DNA of 64,000 nt from Vitrella brassicaformis CCMP3155. Taxonomy: Eukaryota; Protista; Chromerida. The stretch lies in contig CDMY01000379.1 in NCBI GenBank assembly GCA_001179505.1, forward strand, positions 1-64,000, in the 5' to 3' direction. Below, in pieces: positions 49,977 to 61,957 of the stretch (position 1 is its first letter; each line of letters opens with the position of its first letter). Made by a program: the position numbers and the translations under genes. The notes beneath the pieces are model-generated. The model searched no databases. It was given only the letters and a program-made list of their open reading frames with translations, and was not told the DNA's origin.

Positions 49977-52025
49977 ATGAGCCTGTTCGAGGCTTGTGCG
50001 GAGGGCAATAAGGAGGCTGTCCTTCGAGCCATCAAGGCGAAGGGCGTCAAGTGCTTGGAGGAAACCGATGAGGTGAGACACAGGTGTGCTTCACCCACAC
50101 TGGGGCGAACTTTGGTATTCGTGGCTTGCAGGAGGGATTCACGCCCCTTCACTATGCTGCGCAGAACGGCCACGAGGTGATTGTGAGAGAGATAGTGGCC
50201 AAAGGAGGGAAAGGCCTCATCAAAAAGCAAACGAAAGTGATGGTGAGCAGAGATGCACTATCAATGATCGGCAGCATGAGTCTTAGGTGGTATCGATTGC
50301 TGCAGAACGAGCCAACTGTGTTGCATTTGGCTGTCGGGAAGGGTCATGTGGCAATCGTGACGGCGCTTCTTGACGTGGGAGGTGCAGATTTGTTGACGAC
50401 ACTCATCGACAAGGTAGGTAGAGGTAAACACGTATGAAGCCGCAGTCTGGCCACAACACCGGTTGCATATCCTCTTACAGAACCTGCGGACGGCTTTTTT
50501 GCTTGCCGCGTGGATGTGCCACCTGGATGCGATGCGGGCCATGTACGCAGTGATGGAAAAGCAGCGTCGAGGCAAAACGCTGCTCGACCAGCAGGCGAGA
50601 GTACGAACCGAACAACGGAGAAATGCATCGCAACTCGAAATCAAACTGATGTCTCTCTATATGGATGCAGCACGGGAACTACGCTATTCACTACGCGGCC
50701 TTCAAAGGTCACCTTGCTGCGATCCAACAGCTGATCGGCTGGGGCGGACCGGAAGAGCTCGATCGGAGGAACAAGGTGAGAAAAGCACATACGAGGTGAA
50801 AAAAAGGCATCGTATCGATTGTATAGTGCGATGGTCACCATATTTATCCCTGTGGTTGGCGGCTCAGTTTAACAGCACTCCATTTCATAAGGCTGCAACG
50901 GAGGGTCATCTTGACGCCATGCGGGCCATGCGGGCCATGCATGCAAAGAAAGGAAAGCCCCTCCTCGACCAGGAAGACAACGTAAGTGACACTACTAAGT
51001 GAGGAAGGGGAAATACTGATCGGTGGACGACCGAAATTGCTTGATGTGTGCTAATAGGATGGGAGCTGTGCGATCCATTACGCCGCCTGGAAGGGCTACA
51101 AGGCCATGGTTATTCAGCTCATCGACTGGGGAGGCGTGGGCGAGCTCGAGAAAAAAGGAAAGGTCCTTCCAGACCATCCAGTGCATCTTTCGACCAACAA
51201 AGTGATTCCCTGTAATATCTGTGTCCGCTCTTGCTGTGTCACCCAGAACCAGCACACGCCATTTCACCTTGCTGCTCAGGTTTGTGATGTCATTCATAGG
51301 AGACATATAATTGTCTCTTCCATGTGGAACGCAGTTCGGTCAGGTCGACGTGATGGAGGTGATGTATGCTAAGGGGGGCAAAGGGCTGCTGGAACAAAAG
51401 GGCAAGGTAGAGAGCAACAGATTCGATCGGCTCTCCTCTACCTGTGTGTGTGTGTGTGTGTGTGTGGCAGAACGGCATGTACGCCATTCACTGGGCAGCT
51501 GTGCAGAATCACGTCGCTGTCGTGAAGAAGCTGTTTGAGTGGGGAGGTGCAGCGGGAGAGCTGGAGCGTCGCAAGGATGTAGGGAAAGTCACCCATGCAA
51601 TGAATATTCTACTATCCGTGTATGTCTGCTGTTTGTTATGCTGCCATGGCTAAGAACGACAACACGGCGTGGTTGAATGCTGCGAGTTGCGGCCACGTTG
51701 ATGTGATGGAGGCAATGTACGCAGCTGCAGGAAAAACCCTGCTGGATCAACAGAACAGAGTGAGCTCACTGAGCTGAGACACCAACCAATACACACATGG
51801 AAGGAAATGGCATGTCTATGTCGACGTGATGTGGTTGCGTGGATGCAGAACGGGTATTGTGCCATACATTTCGCCAGCCAGAAGGGGCACGTTGAGGCAG
51901 TGAAGCTCTTGGTATCTTGGGGCGGCACTGAACAGCTGACGACAAAGAAGACAACGCAGGGCAAGACCCCCATGGACTTGGCGCAGAGCGATGAAATGCG
52001 CAAGCTGATTGACAGCTACAAATAG
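49977..52025 (+). CDS. Ankyrin-repeat array (11 repeats plus capping half-repeat), essentially one repeat per exon
   Basis: Repeats EGFTPLHYAAQNGH, EPTVLHLAVGKGH, STPFHKAATEGH, YAIHWAAVQNH, CAIHFASQKGH and GKTPMDLA. Internal repeat exons are 96-120 nt, all with phase-0 junctions. Confidence 0.93.
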
Positions 52026-52535
52026 GTCATTTTCTGGTGTCTTAGGTGCGTCTGATGGCGCTGGTGTGCCCTGTGTCCTAGGCAGAAGGACATGGAGACA
52101 TCATTAATTAATTGTCACTAGCGCTAGCCCGCACACACAATGGCATACCGACCACACACAAGGGATCACATCGCCCTTCTGGTTCGTCATGTCATCGATC
52201 AACTTCTCCCTCTCTGGTCCTGGGTACACCCATCAGCACCTAGACACTCCAGAGCTGTTCTGCTGACCCTACACACGAGACACCGATACAAACGGAGGGC
52301 ATACCGACAATCCTTAACACGTGCACAATTCTCAACAATTGAGTCAAATGAATGACTGGCAATCAGTCACGCACTGTCACACCCCAGCCCACACACTGAC
52401 TTTGTATCACAGCAGCGGCAAGGGCCGGCAGGAATAAAATGACCCGCCTCAGTGTCGCCTAGGGTGAAGGGTTGGGTGAAGGGGTTCATTCAGCAGGGTT
52501 TCCATTCACCAGGGTTTCTGGCTGACTGCTGAAGG

Positions 52536-55500
52536 ATGCAGAAGGCGCTGTCCACGACGCAGATCCAGACGCTCTGGACGGAATTCGACCGCATCGTATG
52601 CCAAACACACAAAACAACCCATGGATCTTTCATCCCATTAATGAGTTCACGAGCTCCGTGCGCGTGTGTGTGCGTATGCAGGCCCGTCAGGCGGGTCTGT
52701 CGCGGGAGAGCTTCGTCAAGGGCTTCAAGACCCAGTCGAAGGGCAAGGATGTGACGCAGGAGAACCTAGAGGCCTTCAAGCAGTACGTCAGACAACACAG
52801 AAATGACGGCAGGAGGGGCAGGTACAATGTCAGCAAACCCGCTGATCAACAGCGGCAGCAACCGCAGCACCAGCAGCTTGACAGAAATGACAATGGAGGC
52901 ACTCGGCCGGCCAACCAGCAGCAGGAGAAGCCGCGTGCCAAGACGTCGCCGGGAGGGGAGAGGGAGGGCAGTGGTGGCGGTGGCGGTGGTGTATCGGGCA
53001 GCCCGCCGGTGAATGGGGCGAGGTCGCGTGCTGCGAACAGGGGGGGGGCCAAGACACCCCAACAACGTCCACCGCAGCAGCAGCACCGGAAAGGTGAGAA
53101 GAACATAACTGCACACGGAAGTGGGACCAGAGTAGATGGGCATTGTCTGTGTGCAGGGTCGGGCCCTCCTGCTGCTGCTGCGGCGGCGGCGGCATCTGGA
53201 GGTGGCAGTAGTGGTGCTGCGGCAGCAGCAGCTGCGGCTGCATCATCATCGCCAGCGCCATCGCCTGTAGTGGATTTGTCGACTGCTGGCGTGGGCATAT
53301 TCTCGCCACTGGCTGCCAGGCGGGGCGCACCACTCCCGCACAAACAACCCAAGAAGTAAGTACACACACTCTCACTCACACACAGAGAGCCACACCGACA
53401 CAAGCAACGGTGTGCTGTATTGTTCGTTGTGTGAAGGCCTGACCATCAGCAGCAGGGCAGTAGGGCGACAGTGTACTCGCTGAACAGTGACAAGCTCGAC
53501 GGCCTGGAGGGCCGCATGACGCCATACGACCAGCAGAGGCTCAAGATCACAGTCCTTCCCAGTAAGTAAGCACGGTTGTCACATGGCAGCCGAAGCGAAG
53601 ACACCCACCCCACCCATGTGTTGATGTGTGTGTGTGTGTGTGTGTGTCATGTGTGTAGGCATAGAGCAGTACGAGGACCATGACGGCGTGGGGTTTGGGT
53701 GCCGCTGCCCATACGCCTACAAGTGGATGGCCGCAGACGCCCGAACCAGGAGCAAAACCACTGGTGGGTGAGGTGGGTCGGGGTGGCTGGGGCAGGCAGC
53801 TGTACGTGTGTGTGTTGTTCATTGATTGTTCAGACGAGCGTGTGCACATGATGTGCAAGGCGTTGAAGGACCACCTGGAGGATGACTCCGAAACTGCCGA
53901 CACCTTCGATGCCGCACAAGTCGGCGACACACGACAGGTACACACACCACGCACGCCCTCCGACACCTTCACAACTCGCGCTCACCCCTTCTGCATTTCT
54001 GTGTGTCTTATGTTGTCCGTGCGCTGTGTCAGTCGGATGTGTGGGTGTTTGGTCGGATCGTAGCTGACTCGGAGAGCGGCCCGCTCAACGCGGCCTCGTG
54101 TCTGCTCGAGGGGGACAGGCACTACTCCAACGGCGATAGAGTCGAGCTTAAAATCGTAAGCATGACAGACGCCTACACTGCGCACGGCACACACCAGGCA
54201 GATGCCCACACTGCGTTGGTTTGTGTGTTGTGCATATGTGTGTGCAGGCTGACGACGTTCGCTGCGTACTGTTTCCAGGACAAGTGGTCAGAGGGACACA
54301 AGAGTAGGGTGGGCATTGCAGTGCATCGCCTCGGGTGGCTGCATGTGTGTCTGCTGTGTGTGTCCTTGAGTGCAGGTAGCAGCGTGGGGAATGGGTGAGC
54401 GCGTGGGCAGCGGCATCGGACGATTCACGGCCAAGAAAATAGGTAGGCAGAGAGAGAGAGAGAGAGAGAGAGTGGCCTTCATTCCACCCCTTCATGTGGA
54501 TGGGAACGGAATGGCATGTGGGGCATTCAGTGTGTGGCCTGCCGTCACCATCGCCCACACTGCCGCTGCAGACGCTCAGACGATCCAGCGATGAAACGGT
54601 ACACACGCGGCCTCATCCACAGACAGCCAGAGGGCCGAACACGCCTCTCTCTGTATGTGATTGTGGTTGTGTGTGTGGGTGACATCAGTATGGCGGCAAG
54701 CCTCTGCACATCGCCGTGGCCACGGGGCCGTTCGTGCTGCCCGGCACACTCGACTACACCCCACTAGGTCTGTGGGTGTTGTTGTGGGCGAGGGGCACCC
54801 ACGAGATGCATACAACCCTCTCTGTCTGTTGAGTGTGTGTTCCTGCAGATCGGTTGTTGGCGCAGTTGAGTATGTCGCGCCCCAGGCTGTTGGTGCTCAT
54901 GGGGCCATTCGTTGATGCCAGAAACGAACAGGTGGGTTGATGGGGTCACACGGAAAGGGTATATTGTATTTTTCGGCGTCATCAGGTAGCTGCAGGTGCG
55001 TTGGTTGAGAAGCGAGAGCCCGATGAGGACAACGTTGACATGACGAGAGATGACGACCAACTCACATGTACCTGCGTGAAAGTGCTAATGCTGCTCTCAC
55101 CTCGCAATGCGTCCATCCACATGTCGGCCATGTGTGCCAACTTTGCAGCGTATCTGTGTTACGAGGAGGTGTACCGCCGCGTGTTTGAGAAGATCGACGC
55201 CTTCAGGCGGGGAGAGGAGAACGTCAGCCCCATACAGGTCGCCATCATGCCCTCACTGCACGACGGTCAGCCCTCACACGGAACAGACACAACACCGATG
55301 GACGACACCTGGATGGATGGAAGGGTGGTGTGTGCTGATTGGTGTGCAGTGGGTCAGTGTTACCCCCTGCCCCAGCCTGCATTCGACTTGGCGTCGTTCA
55401 GGGAGGCCCTCGACGTCAGTCATTTCCCGCTGGAGGAAGACACCCAACAGATGGACACCGGCAGCACTCCGAAGGTATATTGCCAACCACAAGAAACCCT

Positions 55501-56353
55501 CTTATGCCGGCGTATATGCAGTTTGTGTGTGTCTGGGGTGTGTAGGTGCTGTGGTTGTCCAATCCGTGCCGGATGATGCTGGGCAATGAGTTGGAGATCG
55601 CAATGACATCGTGTGACATCATCGGACCCATCAGTAAGCCATACACAAAGCACCCATCCATCCATCCATCCAACACATTGCTGTTGTGTGTCTTGTCCTT
55701 GTGTTGCCAGTGGGCCGTCGGTTCATGAAGGGCGAGGGCTCATCATTCGACCGATGCTTCGAAGCATTCCTGGGGGTGAGCAAACCACCACACACACAGC
55801 ACCGCACACACTCTCTCCCACTTGCGCATGTGCCGTTGGTGTGTGGTGTGCAGCAACGTAGTTTCTTCCCCTTAGACCCGCCGTACCACGGGCAGCAGCA
55901 CAGCCACCAGATAGAGTTCGGCCAGGTGCACAGCATGCAGTTCGACATGGCGGGCGTGGCCAAGAACCCACCGCACATGTTCATATTCGCGTCCTCACAC
56001 ATATCGCCCTTCGCAAGGGTACGTGTGTCGATGTGGTGTCCTGGATGGATGGATGGATGGATGGATGCAGGTGGCACAAGAGCGCGTGTTCGTCAATACC
56101 GGGCTGTATGATGGCACAAGTAAGGACACACACTCTTCTCGTCTATGGCTGATGAGGGTTATCGGTGTATGTGTGTGTGTGGATGGATGGATCAGAGCCG
56201 TTTGTGTGCACGGACATCTTCATCTACCCGCCCATTCTCGACACACAGGACGGCGAGGGCGATGCCGCCATGATGGACGAGTCGGCCACGGTGCGAGTGC
56301 GGCTCCCTGAGAGGGTGCGGGTGGACATCACCCGAGTGGACATGGCCGAGTAG
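52536..56353 (+). CDS. POLA2: DNA polymerase alpha subunit B (Pol12)
   Basis: VWVFGRIVADSESGPLNAASCLLEG, FPGQVV, VATGPF, LLVLMGPFVD, QVAIMPSLHD|..YPLPQPAF, LSNPC, RSFFPLDPP, PHMFIFAS and FVNTG. Long low-complexity N-terminal linker. Confidence 0.9.
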
Positions 56354-56646
56354 ACAGAGAAATGCTCGGACGGATAGAGAGATGCATAGCTGGACGTCGG
56401 CGGGTGGGCGTGTGTACATATTCCGACTGTTGTGTGTGCTGTCAATACATATCGTTCAATCAATCAACCAGTCAATTGATTGTGACGTGACCCTCCCGCA
56501 CCGCAGAAGTAAGTCTGTGCCGCAAGCAAGCTACACACACGGCACACACACACACACAGACACACGCCGGAACGACCATATGGCGCCCCTCCCTTGCTCC
56601 CTCCCTCCCTTGTCTGTCTATGCACACACACACACGCATGACCCCG

Positions 56647-59496
56647 CTACTCGACAAACTCCTTCTCGAACCACTCACGCGTCTCATCCCGCGTCCCGGC
56701 GAACGCCACCTCACTGCATCAGTCCATCCAGCAACCACCACGATGACCATCCATTGCGCCACAATTGTAAGTCCTGCTTACGTGCGGCAGAAGGGACTCA
56801 GTAGCTTGGGGTCGTCGGCCAGTTTGGGGGGCGGCGGCTGCCCGTCATCCTCTAGCCTCTTGCGTGCCGCCCTCACCCTCGCCACGTCGGCTTGCCACTT
56901 GGCTCGGTGGTCGTTGTAGCATTCACGGCACATCCGCAGCTCGCGACACGGCATCACCTTGATGATGGCCGCCCGCTCGAAGCATATGCCGCACTCGGGA
57001 TGAGACGTAGAACTGACGTGAAGATGAGAGACCCACAGGCAATGTACTGGTGCCCTTTCCTCTCTCTCTCTCTCTCTCTGCCCACCCTCACCTCTGGCTC
57101 GCCGCGCCCGTGCTAACAGTGGATGGGACAGCAACAGCAGCACTAGAGTTGGCCGAGGGAGCAGCAGATGATGCACTGGCGCCCCCCATGCTCACAATGG
57201 GGAATGACGGCGGCTGGATCATGGCCGGTGGCGGCAGAATGGGCACACCGAGACCGCGACCCACTCCACGAGACACGACAGCCCCAGCAGAGCTACGCGA
57301 GCCACCATTGACTTCTGTCTGTGCTGATGCGATGGGTGGATGCAGGGGCGAGCGATGTGGCAGGGGGAGAGGGACGGGAGGGGCGTTGTGGCGGCCGTCA
57401 CTCACTGACGATTGAGAGGACGGTGGGCGAGTCGACACCGATGAGGGAATGGATGACAGCGATCTGAACAGACAGGCACCAAACGAGATCTCAAGCAGGC
57501 CGGCGAGAGTGGAACCATTTCCTTCTCGGCCTTACCTGTCGTTTGGTTTGTCAGCTTTGTCCGTCTGCTGCTGCTGTGCGTAGCCGCCCTGCAGTGCTTT
57601 GTTGCCTCCCCTGGTGCCCCTCTTGCTGCGGCCGACTGTGACGAACCCATCGCCCTCACCACCGCCATCCCCCACTCCTTGCTGCCGCCCACCGCCGCCC
57701 CGAACCGACCCAGAGGGGCCGCCAGACACAGCCGACGGCATCGGTGCAGACGATGAGCATGACGGTTGGGGAGGGGAGAGGGGCGACGGGCTGGAGAGAC
57801 CAGGGAGACCATGATGCTCTTCCATGTTCTCCTCCTGCTGCTCGCTGTGATCTTCCGCCGTGTCGATGCCACCACCACCGCTGTCGATCGGCACACACAC
57901 AGATGATCGATGGGCTGAGTGAGGTGAGGCCCTTTTCCCATTTCACCTGGATGATGATGCCGCCTGTTTGGTGCTGTTGGCTCCCTCGCCGCCCTTCTTG
58001 GCCTTGGACTTCTTCTTGCCGCCCTTACTGCTGGTGTTGGTGTTGGTGTCCTTGCCCTTCTGCTGTGTGTCGCTAATGCCCAACTCGGCTGCCAGCAATG
58101 CGTCGGCCCGCTCGTTGGCCGCACTCTCAATCTCGTCAAACAACTCCAACAACTGACACACAACACACAAATTGACATCGACACGGACTGTGTAAGCCGC
58201 CATGTGTGGATCATTTCCCACCTCCTTGGGCACTGCTATCTGCTGCTGCTGCTGGTGGTGTGCCTTCCGTCGCCCCTTCGGCTGCTGTCCGGCCGCCCGC
58301 ATGGTCTTGACAGATTCGTCCTGCAGGATGGCCTGCGTGACGGTGTTGGGGCGGAAGCCGCCCCTCTTGCCGCCCACGCGATCGCACAGCTGCACAGTCA
58401 GACACACAGGGAATTGCAGACATCGACAAGTGCAATTGGACAAGTGTGTGCGTGTATCCGTACCTGACGAGTGCACGGAGGGTTCGGACGGCGAAGCCTA
58501 TGAAGCTACCCAGCTCGTGCTGGCTGAGGTGGTCCTTGATGCATGCGAGAGCCAGCTGGCACACAGCTGCGTGCAGGCCGTCGCGCAACTGCGATCTGGG
58601 GATGAGCGACACACAGTGCATGAGCACACGGACAGAAGACACACTCATGAATCCTTCCATCCATCCCCCACCCGTCCTGACCTTGGCGCGAGCGTCAGTG
58701 AGGTCGTCTGCGGGCCCCCCGACGATGTGCGGAAGGCTGGATGCACAGAAGGCCGAATCGGTACCGCCGTGCTTGACAACGTTCGAGAGGAGAGAGATGC
58801 AGCCAGAGAGATATACCTGGTCCCGATACCCACAGGCTGTCAGCATCCATACATACACTGATGGATGCAATGGGACAGACCCATGCCCCATCCCACCCTC
58901 ACCGGCCAGCACGAATAAGACCGGAAGGGCGCTCGCGTACGTACGCCCCACCCCATCGGCGAATCGCGTCACATAGTCGCCGGTCAAGCAAGTCGCCACA
59001 TAGGCCTGCAGCGTGGGAACATGCATCTGCGGTCACACGGCGTACGGTCCCATTAGTCATCGTACCTCCAATGCCTTGGGAACTCTCATGAGACGCTCGG
59101 CAGGCGACTCAGCTGCATCAGCAACGAAGGAGAAAAAGGCCCAGAGCCCGAAGATGTCTGCCAGGGCTGCGGCGGCTCCGCCACGGACGGCCCGCTGTGC
59201 GTCAGGAGAGGTCAGGGTGGCAGCCAGTGTATCTACGTGGGGGTAGATGTGCTGTTGCAAAGCGGCCAGAGACGCTGTCCTCAGGGAGACATTCGGCCTG
59301 CACCAACGGGTCGAGGTACATCTTACGATATGCGCAGGGTCTCCGTCTTACGATCTGTGTGTGTCACGGAGCTGATGTGCAAGCGGACGAGTCGATGGAT
59401 AACGTCAGCCGGACTTGTCTTCTTGTCCCCCAGCTCAAGCCTGCAGAAAGGAATGAATGAAGAAAGGAATGAGGGACTACCTGCCTGATTGTGTGC
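56647..59496 (-). CDS. Lineage-specific helical-domain protein with a degenerate C-terminal RING (copy X); 5' part runs into the gap or the next copy
   Basis: Helical exons (QQHIYPHVDTLAATL.., LLELFDEIESAANERADALLAAELG), K-rich and low-complexity linker, then ECGICFERAAIIKVMPCRELRMCRECY...LLSPFCRT|EVAF..FVE-TAG (56649-56647). Confidence 0.65.
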
Positions 59497-59796
59497 NNNN
59501 NNNNNNNNNNNNNNNNNNNNNNNNNNNNNNNNNNNNNNNNNNNNNNNNNNNNNNNNNNNNNNNNNNNNNNNNNNNNNNNNNNNNNNNNNNNNNNNNNNNN
59601 NNNNNNNNNNNNNNNNNNNNNNNNNNNNNNNNNNNNNNNNNNNNNNNNNNNNNNNNNNNNNNNNNNNNNNNNNNNNNNNNNNNNNNNNNNNNNNNNNNNN
59701 NNNNNNNNNNNNNNNNNNNNNNNNNNNNNNNNNNNNNNNNNNNNNNNNNNNNNNNNNNNNNNNNNNNNNNNNNNNNNNNNNNNNNNNNNNNNNNNN

Positions 59797-61339
59797 AGTC
59801 ATGAATCCCTCCATCCATCCTGACCTTGGCGCGAGCGTCAGTGAGGTCGTCTGTGGCCCCTCCGACGATGTTCGAAAGGCTGGATGCACAGAAGGCGGAA
59901 TCCGTACCGCCGTGCTTGACAACGTTGGAGAGGAGAGAGATGCAGCCAGAGAGATATACTTGGTCCCGATACCCACAGGCTGTCCGCATACACACATACA
60001 CTGATGGCAGACCCATGCCCCATCCCACCCTCACCGGTCAGCACGGATGGGACCGCAAGGGCGCTCGCGCACGTACGTTCTACCTCACCGGCCGCTTCCG
60101 TCAACGAAGTCGACACATAGGCCTGCAGCGTGGGTACATGCACCTGCGGTCACACGGCGTACGGTCCCATTAGTCATCGTACCTCCAATGCCTTGGGAAC
60201 TCTCATGAGACGCTCGGCAGGCGACTCAGCTGCATCAGCAACGAAGGAGAAAAAGGCCCAGAGCCCGAAGATGTCTGCCAGGGCTGCGGCGGCTCCGCCA
60301 CGGACGGCCCGCTGTGCGTCAGGAGAGGTCAGGGTGGCAGCCAGTGTATCTACGTGGGGGTAGATGTGCTGTTGCAAAGCGGCCAGAGACGCTGTCCTCA
60401 GGGAGACATTCGGCCTGCACCAACGGGTCGAGGTACATCTTACGATATGCGCAGGGTCTCCGTCTTACGATCTGTGTGTGTCACGGAGCTGATGTGCAAG
60501 CGGACGAGTCGATGGATAACGTCAGCCGGACTTGTCTTCTTGTCCCCCAGCTCAAGCCTGCAGAAAGGAATGAATGAAGAAAGGAATGAGGGACTACCTG
60601 CCTGATTGTGTGCCGTTGCTTACACCATGTCACGAATTTCCTGTCTTTCGTGTGTCATGATGCGCACAGCCGTCGACAAGAGCGAAACCCACAGGAAGGT
60701 CGGCATGGGAGCTGGTGGGAATGCGAACCCGGCCTCGCGCGGCGCATACATGGCCCCGATGAAGGTCAACGCACTCGCACCACTGTCGCTGTGCCCATCC
60801 ACGATCCCGTTCACACTGGAGGCGGCCCGTTTCAGAATCTCGGGGTGGTGCTGCACCAAGAAGTCCCAGTAGTCGGCCGCGTTGCCCTCCCTCCGGCCCC
60901 TGGCCATGGTCCCTTGCAGCAGTGCAAAGGCGACGTTGGCAGTGACCTCTTCGTCCACCTCGCCCAGCACCTTGGCCAGCACGGCGGCGAGCGAGTTGAT
61001 GGATGTCTGAGGCGAATCGCCGAGAGATGAGATGGCCTCCATGGTGAAGGGGAACACGCTGTGGGTGCAGAGAGGGTTGAGCACGATTGAAGCCATCTTC
61101 TGGCGTGTCTCGTGGGTCATGTCGATGAAGGCACGATACACTCTCCCGATCAGCCGCTTGTTGCGCAGCGCCCCGAACAGCTCACGCCGCACCTCTCCCT
61201 GCGCTGCAACCAGCCCGGCTGCAACTGACGCGGAGACCACTCTGAGGTCGCTGTCGAACACATCCTCCGGCAGCTCCTCTGGCGATGACAAGGCAGCGAT
61301 TGACGCATCAAAGTCATAAGAGCCCATCTTCTCAGTCAT
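59797..61339 (-). CDS. 5' half of a paralog of the same family (copy Y), including the large first exon
   Basis: ORF 61339-~60624 (MTEKMGSYDFDASIAAL...) with a GTAAG donor. Downstream exons are near-identical to those of copy X. Confidence 0.6.
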
Positions 61340-61957
61340 GGCTGATCAGTCACCGCTGGCTGCTAGAAGGCGGCCCGGCACCACGTACAGTGGCCAAGTC
61401 GAGCACCCGACGCCCATGCTGCAACGATCGGCAGTACAGTCCCATGCACCGACATGGACAGATGGATGGGATGGATGTGTTTTTTGCTTCTCTCACCTTC
61501 CAGGCTGCTGAGGTATGTGCAATGCAGCCCTCTGCATATCAGCGTAAGAGAGGCGCAACACCCACAGGGCAGCAGCGGTTCAAGGCTCGCAACCAATAGG
61601 GTGCTCCCTGAAACCGCTGCTGCTGGAGAGAGGCGAAGATGGGGATATTGAATCCCGTGTTGTTGCAGGTCGGCTCGCTCATCTGCAGCGTCGCAGTCGC
61701 AACATTCGTGAGCAAAAGCATCGAATCGGATGTTGTCCAGAGCAAAGACACATACGAGCCAGTTATGCAGCAGGGCAGCAAGTCTGCACAATATCCAACC
61801 ATGCATTTCCCTCATGGAGGATGCACACAGTCAGTCAGATCTATGCACAGCTATGTACTGTACAATGTACGTACATGTGAATGCATTCGATCATTGCAAT
61901 GCGGTCCCCTTCCCCTCCGGGCGGCCAGTCGGGCCGCCTGACTGGCACCCATCCCTC

